Below are positions 48,396 to 61,997 of a DNA stretch of 64,000 nucleotides, one piece after another (the first letter of the stretch is position 1; every line of letters starts with the position of its first letter). The position numbers were made by a program, and so were the translations under genes. The notes below the pieces were generated by a model. It saw only the letters and a list, made by a program, of their open reading frames with translations. It did not search any database and had not been told where the DNA came from. Origin of the DNA: Macrostomum hystrix (taxonomy: Eukaryota; Animalia; Platyhelminthes); contig CATNEN010000039.1 in assembly GCA_950097015.1 (NCBI GenBank), positions 16,430,001 through 16,494,000 of the forward strand. Direction: 5' to 3'.

Positions 48396-50148
48396 ATGGC
48401 CACAGCCAACAATAATCTCAATACAGGAGGCAAAGAGAGCGATGGACAGGCCGCTCAAGGCATCAAACAGCTTCCAGACGATCAGGCTAGCGAATGCCAA
48501 GCTATTTTGTCATCAGGAACTGAGCGCGCGAAAATTGTACTGGCCTGGAACATATTGAAGATGATTGTTGCGGCGGTCAGCCCAGAGCATCTCTGCTTTA
48601 GCAGCCGCCAGAGTTCATTTATTAGCATGGACAAGACATTGGCCCTTCATTTGGCAAAGAACGGATTCCATAGCGATGGACAGGCGGGAGCCAAGTGCTG
48701 CTGCTGCGGTGCTGGAACTGATCGCATTACACTCGAGCTGCTAGACAAGTTGCATTCGAACGATGGTCACAACTGCTGTGCCATGCAGCAGCTGCTGAAG
48801 CTGCTGCTTGAATTGAAGAAAAACCAGGATGCCGAGTTGGGACCAGTAGCCGCCAAGTGCAAAGCCCATCTCACGAAGATTCAGATGGCATTGACTGATC
48901 CGGTAATTTGGTTTGTGAAATCTTTCGGCTTTCTAGACGAGGATGTCACTCTGGTGGTAGTCAAAAGCGCATTGCAGCTGAATTTACAATCGCTCAACTT
49001 GAAGCCAGGAGCCCTGATAGAGCTCATTCATGACTTACCTAAGCCTGTTCGGTCATTTGGGGGCTTGGTTGCTAGCCTGTTGAAGTCAGCAGCTGGCTCG
49101 AGTGCTTCGGTTGTGGACTCGGCAGCGAGACAGATAGTTGTGCGACAGCAGTCGATTGGAAGTATGACGCCTGTTCAAAACCTGCAGCTTATCCAATTCA
49201 ACTCCAGGTGAGAGGGTCCAACGCGTATGGAAATATTGGTGGCTCGTCATGAATTTTTTGCGCCTTTGAGGGCCAGCCCAAAGCCACAGTGAGAGTGCAT
49301 ACAACGTCGGACGTAGAGAAAGTCAGGGTACATATGCTCACCTTTGTGAGTATGTGTCAGCGTACAGTATATCTGTGCGGGTTCACCAATCATCAAATGA
49401 TCTGTACTTTTAGGGCTCGGGGGCAGGTAGAACTGCCTAAAATGTGACTATGTTAAAATAAACAAAGGATTAAATTGCACAACTTTAAAATCCACCCAGC
49501 CACTCTTAATGGAAACAAATTTGCACAAACCTGCATGCTTACTGTAATTGCATGGATGGGCACATCACGTGACAGGCGTAATCCAATAGCAAATGAAAAC
49601 GGTCTAGTACGTGATACCCAATAGGTCTTCTTCATACAACGAAGAGAGTTATTTAAAAACTGAAAAAAATCCGAGAGGTCGGGAGTTCGATTCCTAGCCC
49701 TGAAAATAAACAAAACGCTGGACCCTGAATTAGGTTATTGCTTCAGTTCGTCCACTTGAAAATGGGTGCCAACCATCAGCTTGGGGGCACAAAACTGAGT
49801 GGGTTTGGCGGCTCCCAGTGTGCCACCACTGGCTGTACACCTGGTAGGTGTCATTTCTATCCTCTAACTGTACTTTTTATCATCTTGTTATTATGCCATA
49901 TTATCCCGTTCGATAATATTTCGAATGTATCATTGCACAGTACACCCGAGCGATCAGGTAGCTCAGCCGCAGCTGAATACGATGCGGACTGCGGCTCGCT
50001 GTGTCAGCAGTGTCATCAGCGGCAGAGGGACCGGGTCCTGCTGCCCTGCACACACCTGAAGTTCTGTCGCCTGTGCGCTCAGAAGTTTCAAATTTGTCCA
50101 GCCTGCAAAACTGTTGTTCTTGCCGATATTGCGGCCTTTCTATGCTGA
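48396..50148 (+). CDS. IAP-like protein 3 (BIR-UBA-RING); exons 48396-49207 and 49941-50148, ~339 aa; 5' end split by the EnSpm insertion
   Basis: RQSSF...LAKNGF...CCCC-x15-H-x6-C; UBA-like VKSFGFLDEDV...PGALIELIHDL. The phase-2 intron 49208-49940 corresponds to that of IAP2. RING CQQC...LPCTH...CRLC...CPAC...AFLC. Confidence 0.75.
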
Positions 50149-50859
50149 ATTCGTTGTTAAATTTGTTTAAAAATTCTGCTTATATGAGATATTTCTCATA
50201 TTTTGATCAACAGTAAAACTACCAAAGGGGAACTACCCTCTGAAAAAATTTGCTGCACCCGAACGTAGCAACGCAAGCACACAAAACTCAAGAACACGGG
50301 CCAACTTTCTTCTAAAACTAGAATCAAGTCGCCAGCTCTTAAGACCGTCGAGATATTCAATGGTTCTGGCCTAAGGTCTGATTTTTCGCAAAAGCGCTGG
50401 TGTATTTCGTACACCCCTGCAATGCGCTATTCCTAAGTTTAGATTGGCTGGCCAATCGCTGCTAGCGGGGGCCGGGGGTTGTTTGTGCTTTGGTCGGAGG
50501 TGGGTGCGCTGCGGCTTTGGTCGGGGGTGGGTGGCCGTGTGTGGCCCCCTTCTAGCCACGTGCGCTGTGCTGTCCTCGCCCGCCCTCTCGCCTCGTTTGT
50601 CTTGAGTTTTTTCCTGTTTTAGCCCCGCAGGAATAAAAATCGCGTCATATTCGTTAATATACTCCCTTCGTTGCCACTTCTAGGGCAGTACGATAAGCTT
50701 TTGTTCGCTGCACCCGCTGTGTTTCTCCTTTTTCCTCTCTCCGGCTGACCCGCTAAGCTTTACTTTAGTGCATCTATTGTAATCTAGGATGTTTTATTTT
50801 ACTATTTGTCTAGAATGTTATTTTTTGATCATTTTATTTACGCTAAGAGCTTTGAAGAC

Positions 50860-51070
50860 TTTATCCAACAATAGTGGCTTTTCTGTTAACTGGCCTTATA
50901 CTAGTGGTCCTTGGCGAAGTGGGCCTGAATAGGAATCCATGTCTGTCATCTCCTCGAAATGCAGAGTTAAGCGTCTTGCTAAAGTACACAAATGATTTCT
51001 ATGGAGTCTAGAATCAAAAACCCGACCTACAAGTCGTGAAATTGACGCTCAAACCACTAGGCTAAAACCC
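50860..51070 (-). mobile_element. tRNA-derived SINE fragment
   Basis: Minus-strand A-box tagcctagtgg, degenerate B-box, then tgtgtactttagcaagacgctt as in the 5690 copy. Confidence 0.5.
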
Positions 51071-52709
51071 CCTGTCTATGAAGGCCGGTATAAATATTCA
51101 ATTTGCTGATGTTAGCAACGCATTTAGTATTTTGGTGAATGGTAATTCCTAGAATTCAACCAGATTTCTATGAAAAGCGTGCAAGATTTCACATTTTAAG
51201 CCTTTTTACTTTCACCTCGGGTGTAACTTTTATGAGCAAACACATATTTGTATCTACTCGAATTCCTAGTAGCATCAACTATTTTTTTCAAAATAAAAGT
51301 ATTTTTCTTCACTAATTATATTCCCTTTTACAACGGTACCACATCATGTACAATCTGCACGTTTAAAGTTTACTTTCTAAATCAGAATATTATGTTGTAA
51401 GATTCAAACATGTTCTTATTTTTTGTCAATGTTTTATTTCCTTACTAGCTAACATATCCTGAATTATTTTAGTTACCATGATCTGTAAATTATTATTAGG
51501 ATGTAGATAATAAAAAAGTAAAAAAGTCACTTTAAATAGGTACGAATTATGAGAGATATAGTATCATAGGCATGATTGGCATTAGTAACAAATCCGTATG
51601 TATTTATGGACAGTATGACATCAGTTCGTTAAGGCACACAAACCGTTAAAAATGTCACAATAATATAACAGCTATACTTTAATATCTAAAAAGCAATGAA
51701 GACTAATTATCACAACATCTATAAAGGCCAATGATTTTTTGGAAGCACGGATCTCATTGTTTAAGAAGTCGTGGTCAATACTATCTAATAAGTACTGAAT
51801 TAAAAAGGTAGACATAAAATAGAATGAAGGCTAAGATTAACAAAAAAGTGAAATATCACAAGTACTTCACAATACCAACAGACCAATACATCAATAAGTA
51901 TTTCAGCAAAAAATGAAATAACAGCATCTATCGAGGCTTCCAAGTGATATATTTACATGCAAAAAATTGAAGGCATCATTTTTAAGTGCACTTAAAGCTA
52001 CGCTTGTATAACACCGAACAATAAAATAATCGTGCCAAAAATAAGAAGAAATATATAGATGAACAGCTATAAAAAATTCGCCACTAGAATGGAAAGACCC
52101 GAAAACTCGACTTAAATGTAAAATGATATCATGTAATGCATGAAACTTTTCTTATGCTAGTAGAGGCTATACTAAACCGCTTTATGAAATTCTTAACACT
52201 TGTGAAAATTAATATAACAAATCAGGTTTCTCTTTAAGAAACAAATTCTTGCTGGTATAAAACACTGACAATTTTGAACTTAAGGTCAGTCACGTGACTG
52301 CGTTGAGGAACGCCCCAGCGGATTTCCGCTGGTTCTAAAAATAGAAACAACTAAACCTCAACATAGCCAATCGAAATTTGACAAAATCTACACTTAAAAG
52401 TTGACCTTGAAAAAAGTACAGTTAGACCTCTCCATGATAATTGTGAGTATGTAGGTAATATAGGTAATATAGGTATTTTCTCACCATTGAGAAATTAGTC
52501 TTCGAGAAATATAAAATGAAAGCGATCAATTTATCAAATACAACAAATCTAAAAATGTAATTTTCAAATTTTTCGTAATATAAAGATTGTCATGAGCAAT
52601 AATGAGGATAAAAAGCTACATAAATATGATCAAGGGAAGTGAACATTATCGAAACAGTATTAAAAAGAACTAGAATTTTTAAACCATCAACACACTAGAG
52701 CCAATTGTT

Positions 52710-53669
<960 letters not shown>

Positions 53670-56600
53670 CTAATACTTGTTTATAGATTTTCCATCTCTG
53701 CTTCTCCCAATAGCTAGACTGCTTACATAAATGAAATCTACGTAAATTATGATTGTAGTATTCTAAATTTTCACATTAAAACAGGAGGTTGCCAGGCATT
53801 TCAGTGCCAGGCTTTTTGGTGCCTGGTCTTGCTTTTCTGTACCTTTTGGATTTTGGTTTAGGTTCCCACAAATACATGACATATAAGATATTGTATATAT
53901 AAGACACATAAGACATGATTGGGAAACCACTGAAGCTGAGCAAAGTACATCATAGAAATCTCTAAAATAAGGGAACATTTGCGCTAAAGCTACAAGCCTG
54001 TATTACCATTTAACAATATACACATATATTTTATTCCTGGTGTCCTTTGTGTTTTTACTGCTCTTATTTTTAATACCTTTGCTTTTCTCTTTCTAGCTCA
54101 ATAGTTGATTCCTAAAAAACTTTGCTTTTTGTTTTTTGTCAGTGACTGCCATTTTGTTGGCTGATGTTTTAAATAGAGGCACATGTTTAGCATATATCGT
54201 GCAACCATTGTAATTCCAATTGTACTTCTAATACAGTAGCAAGCTTTGAAGAGTGTGTTACATACATGCATATGTACATGAAAGGTAGCATATTTCTTAG
54301 TCAAAACATGTGAAGCTCACAAATTATAAAAACATACAATTAGGCACAGCATACTACATGCAGGATTTAACATGTACATGGGTTAAGTGTTGTCAATTTA
54401 TAAGTCTATTTAAAAAAGCAAACACAATGCAAATCTACCTTATCTCTGATTGCCCTGAATGCCATGGCGGAACATTTATCCCCTATGGTATATGCAGACT
54501 AGAAATCCACATACAGCAACTAGGGCTACAATATGACAAGTGAAAACTGAAATGGACACACTGTATCTGCCTAATGGGTAAATAAGAAAGTGTATTATTT
54601 TTCTCAAAATGTGAATTTTGAAGTATTGTGATCCTATTTCATTGACTGAAATTCTTGCATGAACACACGTCCAACTGGTCCAAGAGGGGCTCTGTGCCAG
54701 ATAGCATGCCACTTATTAGACAATGTAGGCAAATTTATATAAGGTTTAGGGCAATTTTCAGATGGTATGATGACTGCAACAAAGTTTCTTGTCACCTATA
54801 CCCACTTTGTTGGCTATTAAACAATTCTAAGCTATACACCTATGGTTTTAGCCATACATTTAGTCATATGTAACTTTCAGTATAACTTGTCTTTGCTTAG
54901 TTTTACTTTGCTTTTATGGTGTTTTTATGCAATATGGCTTCTAATTTTTCACTTCATTTGCTTATTCTTTTGCTTTTTGATTGTGCATCACAAATAAACT
55001 GTGTTGCAAAGAATATATATCTATGTCTACCTTGGTAGTACAATTGAATGCATCAAAAAGGCACTGAAAAGCTCCAATTAGGTAATCTAAGAACATGATT
55101 TTACACTTTGAGACATACCAATTTAATACTTGGTAATACATAGCAAGCCATAAAAGAGGTAATGTGGCTTCCTGCTTTTTTTAACATTTATGAACTTTTC
55201 AGCCCTAATTAGAATGTTCTGCACTGCTGAGTTTTTTCAGAGCTAAGCTGCTCCAGAGCCATGACTTCACAGTATAAAGAAAGATGACATTATTTTCAAA
55301 TCATTTGTTAAACAGTTTTTTCAAATCGATGCGAAAACATTGGAAAATCGTTGCTGCAGACAAGTGCAATTGTTGCACTTGTATACAATACAAGTTACAC
55401 TTCGAAGAAGGCCATCAAGAAGCATTTTCATAGAAATCAAATCCTAAACTGTTCTATGAAAATAATCAGTTTAACTTTAGCACAAAAAATGCATTGAAAC
55501 AATTTGTTTTGTAATGAAGTTACACATTTATGCACGATTTTAGCTGTGTTAAAAACGGATACGTTTTAATTTTTTTTGTTTTGCTTTTTACAAAAAAGTA
55601 TTTCATATAAAAAGGCGGCCTATAGTGGCTTAAATAAAAAAACTACATTTTGTAGAGCTTTTTATAAATTGAGGTGCCTGACCATCGAAGACAGACAATG
55701 CATGCAGGGTTTTCGGGTTACGTGCTGATAAAGTTTAAAGTCCTTGTAAGGCCGCACTGAGGCGCAGAGCGAATTCGTGTATATGGCTAATGGCTGTACT
55801 GTATGAAATACACTGGGCCTAGCTCTTCGGGGAAAATTAGACCTTCGGTCTGAAGCCCTGAACCTTAAGCGTTGAATTTTTGAATACAGGACAGTTCGGT
55901 AACAGACAGTTCGGTAACACTCAAGGACAGTTCGGTAACATACAGGAGATAGTTCGGTAACACACCGGGGACAGTTCTGTAACAATTGAAAGTCAACTTG
56001 TCTTTGACTTGACGCTTGACTTGTTGCTTGACTCGCAAGTTTCAGTTTTAGTTTTTAGTTTTAACGTTATATTTTTATTTGATGCCCAAAATGTGAAATA
56101 TGTAACATGCAAAATGCAACCTCATTCTCATATCCACTATACTAAAAATGAAATGCTTGGTTGGTTGGTTGGTTGCTTGTAATTGATTTTCTCCCGAACG
56201 GCTCAACCGATTTTCACCATTTCTTCACCAAAAGATGCCAAATATAGGGACAATTATACACGTATTTTTATTAAGCTTAACTTTATTGCTAAAGGGATTA
56301 AATATTCGAAAAACATGATTTTTCAAAGGTCAAACCATCTTGGCCTATTGAGAATTTTACTCACTGCCGCTGAATTGGAATTGCATCGTCAAATTGCGCA
56401 ACACCCCCTCGCTGACTGAGTTAGAAGCCTGCACTCTGGAGACAAATTTGAAATAAATGTACACAACCAACCGCGAGACTGAGTGTACTCTATTTTCTTA
56501 CTTCATTGTACAAAGCCAGAACTTTGAGAATTAATTTTATAAGGCTGATTTTTGCACCCACTAACCAACAGTCGGAATAGCCGATGTGTAGGCACTAGGA

Positions 56601-56734
56601 ATAGGTTATAGGCTAGGCTAGGGTTCGATTCTGCACTGCGTCAAATCATTTAGACTAATTTTCAGCCAGTAGTGATTGAAGATTATTTTGATTTTTTTTT
56701 CATTTCGTAAATAAAATATCATAAATCATAGCAA

Positions 56735-58420
56735 ACCTGAGTTTGAATCATGGCAAAAATAGAGCTTGAATCATGGCTAAACCAGCGTCTGAATCATGGC
56801 TAAACCAGAGCTTGAATCATGGCTAAACCAGAGTCTGAATCATGGCTAAACCAGCGTCTGAATCATGGCTAAACCAGCGTCTGAATCATGGCTAAACCAG
56901 CGTCTGAATCATGGCTAAACCAGCGTCTGAATCATGGCTAAACCAGAGCTTGAATCATGGCTAAACCAGAGTCTGAATCATGGCTAAACTGGAGTCTGAA
57001 TCATGGCTAAACCAGAGTCTGAATCATGGCTAAACCAGAGTTTGAATCATGGCTAAATCAGGGTCTGAATCATGGCTAAACCAGAGTTTGAATCATGGCT
57101 AAACCAGAGTTTGAATCATGGCTAAACCAGAGTCTGAATCATGGCTAAACCAGAGTTTGAATCATGGCTAAACCAGAGTTTGAATCATGGCTAACCCAGA
57201 CTTTGAATCATGGCTAAACCAGAGTCTGAATCATGGCTAAACCAGCGTCTGAATCATGGCTAAACCAGAGTTTGAATCATGGCTAAACCAGAGTCTGAAT
57301 CATGGCTAAACCAGAGTTTGAATCATGGCTAAACCAGATTTTGAATCATGGCTAACCCAGAGTTTGAATCATGGCTAAACCAGAGTCTGAATCTGAATCA
57401 TGGCTAAACCAGCGTCTGAATCATGGCTAAACCAGAGTCTGAATCATGGCTAAACCAGAGTTTGAATCATGGCTAAACCAGGGTCTGAATCATGGCTAAA
57501 ACAGAGTTTAAATCATGGCTAAACCAGAGTCTGAATCATGGCTAAACCAGAGTTTGAATCATGGCTAAACCAGGGTCTGAATCATGGCTAAACCAGAGTC
57601 TGAATCATGGCTAAACCAGGTTCTGAATCATGGCTAAACCAGAGTTTGCATCATGGCTAAACCAGAGTCTGAATCATGGCTAAACCAGAGTCTGAATCAT
57701 GGCTAAACCAGAGTTTGAATCATGGCTAAACCAGAGTCTGAATCATGGCTAAACCAGAGTCTGAATCATGGCAAAAATAGAGCTTGAATCATGGCTAAAC
57801 CAGCGTCTGAATCATGGCTAAACCAGAGCTTGAATCATGGCTAAACCAGAGTTTGAATCATGGCTAAACCAGAGTCTGAATCATGGCTAAACCAGAGTCT
57901 GAATCATGGCTAAACCAGAGTCTGAATCATGGCAAAACCAGAGTCTGAATCATGGCTAAACCAGAGTTTGAATCATGGCTAAACCAGGGTCTGAATCATG
58001 GCTAAAACAGAGTTTAAATCATGGCTAAACCAGAGTCTGAATCATGGCTAAACCAGAGTTTGAATCATGGCTAAACCAGGGTCTGAATCATGGCTAAACC
58101 AGAGTCTGAATCATGGCTAAACCAGAGTCTGAATCATGGCTAAACCAGAGTCTGAATCATGGCAAAACCAGAGTCTGAATCATGGCTAAAACAGAGTTTA
58201 AATCATAGCTAAACCAGCGTCTGAATCATGGCTAAACCAGAGTTTGAATCATGGCTAAACCAGAGTTAAAATCATGGCTAAACCAGAGTCTGAATCATGG
58301 CTAAACCAGAGTCTGAATCATGGCTAAACCAGCGTCTGAATCATGGCTAAACCATAGTATGAATCATGGCTAAACCAGAGTCTGAATCATGGCTAAACCA
58401 GCGTTTGAATCATGGCAAAA
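56735..58420. repeat. 23-bp minisatellite (gaatcatggctaaaccagagtYt) x ~70
   Basis: Directly visible array inside the Helitron. Confidence 0.97.
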
Positions 58421-58569
58421 TTTTTCTTTTGTCATTGAATTGAATTTTGAGTTTGTTATCTCATAACGTCATAATGATATATATTTGTATGATAAATATT
58501 TTGCCTAATAATCATTTCATTGTTGTTCTTCTCAATTTTCTACAAAAGAAGCTGGGCAACTGGGCAACA

Positions 58570-60072
58570 TTGTCAACTGGGCATCATCATCAATAAGGAG
58601 TCCTCATCAAATGGGGGATCATTGTCAACTGGGGGATCATTGTCAACTGGGGGATCATTGTCAACTGGGTGATCATTGTCAACTGGGGGATCATTGTCAA
58701 CTGGGGATCATTGTCAACTGGGGGATCATTGTCAACTGTGAGATCATTGTCAACTGGGGGATCATTGTCAACTGGGGGATCATTGTCAACTGGGGGATCA
58801 TTGTCAACTGGGGGATCATCATCAACTGTGGGATCATTGTAAACTGGGGGATCATTGTCAACTGTGGGATCATTGTCAACTGGGGGATCATTGTCAACAA
58901 GGGGATCATTGTGAACTGGGGGATCATTGTCAACTGGGGATCATTGTCAACTGGGGGAACATTGTCAACTGGGGGATCATTGTCAACTGGGGGATCATTG
59001 TCAACTGGGTGATCATTGTCAACTGGGGGATCATTGTCAACTGAGGGATCATTGTCAACTGGGGTATCATTATCAACTGGGGGATCATTGTCAACTTGGG
59101 AATGATTGTCAAATGGGTGTTCATTGTCAACTGGGGGATCATTATCAACTGGGGGATCATTGTCAACTTGGGAATGATTGTCAAATGGGTGTTCATTGTC
59201 AACTGGGGGATCATTGTCAACTGGGAGATCATTGTCAACTGGGGGATCATTGTCAACTGGGGGATCATTGTCAACTGGGGTATCATTATCAACTGGGGGA
59301 TCATTGTCAACTTGGGAATGATTGTCAACTGGGGGATCATTGTCAACTGGGGGGATCATTGTCAACTGGGGGATCATTGTCAACTGGGTGATCATTGTCA
59401 ACTTGGGGATCATTGTCATCTGAGGGATCATTGTCAACTGGGGTATCATTATCAACTGGGGATCATTGTCAACTGGGGGATCATTGTCAACTGGGGGATC
59501 ATTGTCAACTGGGGGATCATTGTCAACTGGGTGATCATTGTCAACTGGGGGATCATTGTCAACTGGGGGATCATGGTCAACTTGGGGATCATTGTCAACT
59601 GTGAGATCATTGTCAACTGGGTGATCATTGTCAACTGGGGGATCATTGTCAACTGGGGGATCATTGTAAACTGGGGGATCATTGTCAACTGTGAGATCAT
59701 TGTCAACTGGGGGATCATTGTCAACTGGGGGATCATTGTCAACTGGGGGATCATTGTCAACTGGGGGATCATCATCAACTGGGGGATCATTGTCAACTGT
59801 GGGATCATTGTCATCTGGGGGATCATTGTCAACAAGGGGATCATTGTGAACTGGGGGATCATTGTCAACTGGGGATCATTGTCAACTGGGGGTTCATTGT
59901 CAACTGGGGGATCATTGTCAACTGGGGGATCATCATCAACTGGGGGATCATTGTCAACTGGGGATCATTGTCAACTGGGGGTTCATTGTCAACTGGGGGA
60001 TCATTGTCAACTGGGGGATCATCATCAACTGGGGGATCATTGTCAACTGGGGGATCATTGTCAACTGGGGGT
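58570..60072. repeat. 18-bp minisatellite (tcattgtcaactggggga) x ~80
   Basis: Directly visible array inside the Helitron. It is the source of the spurious GDHCQL/IIVNWG ORFs. Confidence 0.97.
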
Positions 60073-60741
60073 TTATTTTAGCTTTAAAAAGCTGTAAATT
60101 CAGCTGCTAAACAGTATATACAAGACGAATTAAAAATATTTCTGCTCCCCGAAGGGGGGCAAAACATGCTAGTTTCGAAAAGCTAAATATGGTTTGAAGT
60201 GCTATTGACTTTACTTTGTAACTTTACCGAACTAAATATAATATAATTTCGCAAAAAACCCTTCCGATCCAGTTTAATCATAGGTTAAAGAACTGTCCCT
60301 TGATATGTTACCGAACTGTCCTGTGGTGTTACCGAACTGTCCTGTGGTGTTACGAACTGTCTGTTACCGAATTGTCTGTTACCGAATTGTCTTGTTACCG
60401 AATTTTTCGACGGTCTGAAGAGCTGACGAATTTATTCTTGTTTCAAAAGATGTTTTAAAAGTTTTAAAAAAAGATGGTATGTAGGCTTGAGTGAGTATTG
60501 TGTGCTTATGTGGCTCCATACCTCTGTTTGGATGCAGCAAAAATAATTCTCAAAATCCATTTTGTATGTTGGTTAGGGGCCTATAGCCTATACAAAATGC
60601 GCTATAGGCCTACCTACTCTTCTTAGTGTCAAGTCTAGCCCAGCCCAGGCCTTTTCCCTTATATTACCTAAATGCTAGCTAGATATTTTTTCACAGGTTT
60701 GATAGGCCTATTGTCCTGTATTCATATTTCATCACTGATAT

Positions 60742-61043
60742 CATACATGCGCAACACCTGGCTGACCCGGCCGAACTGGCTGGGTGAAACGAGGGCCAAG
60801 CAAGGTAAGTCACAAAAACCAATCAACCAAGCGCAAAAAAATTAAAGGGGGGACCAAGGGACAAAAAAGGAAGGCGTGAAGAAAAGGAAAATGGGGAGAG
60901 AAAAAGAGAGCAAATGAGAGCAAACTAAGTTGTAAATAGAGCAATGAAATGAACTAAGTCACAAATGAGAGCAAACTAAGTCGTAAATAGAGCAAAAACT
61001 AAGTTGCACAGCCTGCTAAGATTTGGGAGGTTGCGCATGTATG
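60742..61043 (+). mobile_element. MITE with 14-bp TIR CATACATGCGCAAC and 8-bp TSD ACTGATAT
   Basis: TIRs and TSDs (60734-41, 61044-51) read directly. Confidence 0.9.
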
Positions 61044-61332
61044 ACTGATATTATAATTTTTATGATTCTTTTTTACTGGGACATTGTAAATATTTTCATC
61101 TGAACTAAATATTTTTTTGTAGAGGTAAATTTTAGGCCTACTATTGGATACAAAACACAAATAAAAATAACAAAAGGGAATGTTCATTAAATAAAAACCG
61201 ATTTGTTTGTATAGCTTTTGAAGTATTTGAAAGCTAGAAAATTCTGGCTTGCTTTTACAATGACAGTATTCACTTAGGTACAAATGTTGTTATGTGCATT
61301 CTACATACTGCATTAGGAATACAATTTAGGCA

Positions 61333-61613
61333 CATACATGCGCAACCTCCCAAATCTTAGCCGGCCTTGCGACTTAGTTTTTGCTCTCATTTGCGACTTA
61401 GTTCGTTTCATCGCTCTATTTACGACTTAGTTTGCTCTCATTTGCTCTCTTTTTCTCTCCCCTTTTTCCTTTTCTTCACGCCTTCCTTTTTTGTCCCTTG
61501 GTCCCCCCTTTAATTTTTTTGCACTTGGTTGATTGGTTTTTGTGACTTACCTTGCTTGGCCCTCGTTTCACCCGGCCGGTTTGGCCGGGTCGGCCGGGTG
61601 TTGCGCATGTATG
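61333..61613 (-). mobile_element. Second copy of the same MITE, inverted, with 9-bp TSD ATTTAGGCA
   Basis: TIRs and flanking repeats (61324-32, 61614-22) read directly. The body is rc of 60742-61043 with one internal repeat unit fewer. Confidence 0.9.
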
Positions 61614-61997
61614 ATTTAGGCATGCTGTATATATTGCCATTGCCATACCATGGTCTTTTGACTAGGCCTAGGTTTAATATATTTTAAGTTTTTTAAGTAG
61701 GAATATTAGACTATTAGTAGTGTTTAACTGTTTGGTTTTAATTTTTTTTCTGTTTAAGATTTCAACATTGTTTACTTTAGCTACTCCATTTTCAATTAGC
61801 CAGTGAGATATTATTTTTTTTCTTATATTAAATTTAGTCATCATTAAACTCAAAATGAAGCTAACCAAGATTTTCATGATCTAACCACATTTTTATTACC
61901 ATAGAATTTTATTAAACCCAAACCAACATACTTCAGAACTGTGACAATCTGCTTTGTATAACAAAAGTGAATAGGCCTACTATCAATTTATCCAAAA

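Larger units (their letters stand above)
56133..60172 (+). mobile_element. Non-autonomous Helitron (4040 bp) with greatly expanded internal minisatellites
   Basis: 5' end A^TCcactatactaaaaatg...(ttgg)n...aacggctcaaccgatttt; hairpin gctccccgaaggggggc; CTAG^T at 60169-60173; no TSD. Confidence 0.85.
55856..60410. mobile_element. Non-autonomous DNA transposon with inverted terminal arrays of acagttcggtaac, disrupted by a Helitron
   Basis: The motif is repeated ~5x at 55885-55985 and in reverse complement ~7x at 60290-60405. A 10-bp direct repeat cggtctgaag lies at 55846 and 60411 (possible TSD). Exact ends are uncertain. Confidence 0.55.

Noticed and set aside
49670-49705. tRNA gene (gggagttcgattcc B-box; a similar motif lies at ~56620)
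   Set aside because: No cloverleaf or paired A-box could be built. At most a SINE remnant.
56735-60110. CRISPR-like appearance of repeat arrays and the GDHCQL/IIVNWG ORFs
   Set aside because: The units are head-to-tail with no unique spacers, no cas genes are present, and the context is eukaryotic. They are minisatellites inside a Helitron.
60742-61613. Single ~870-bp foldback transposon
   Set aside because: Each arm has its own TIRs and a distinct TSD, so these are two separate MITE insertions.
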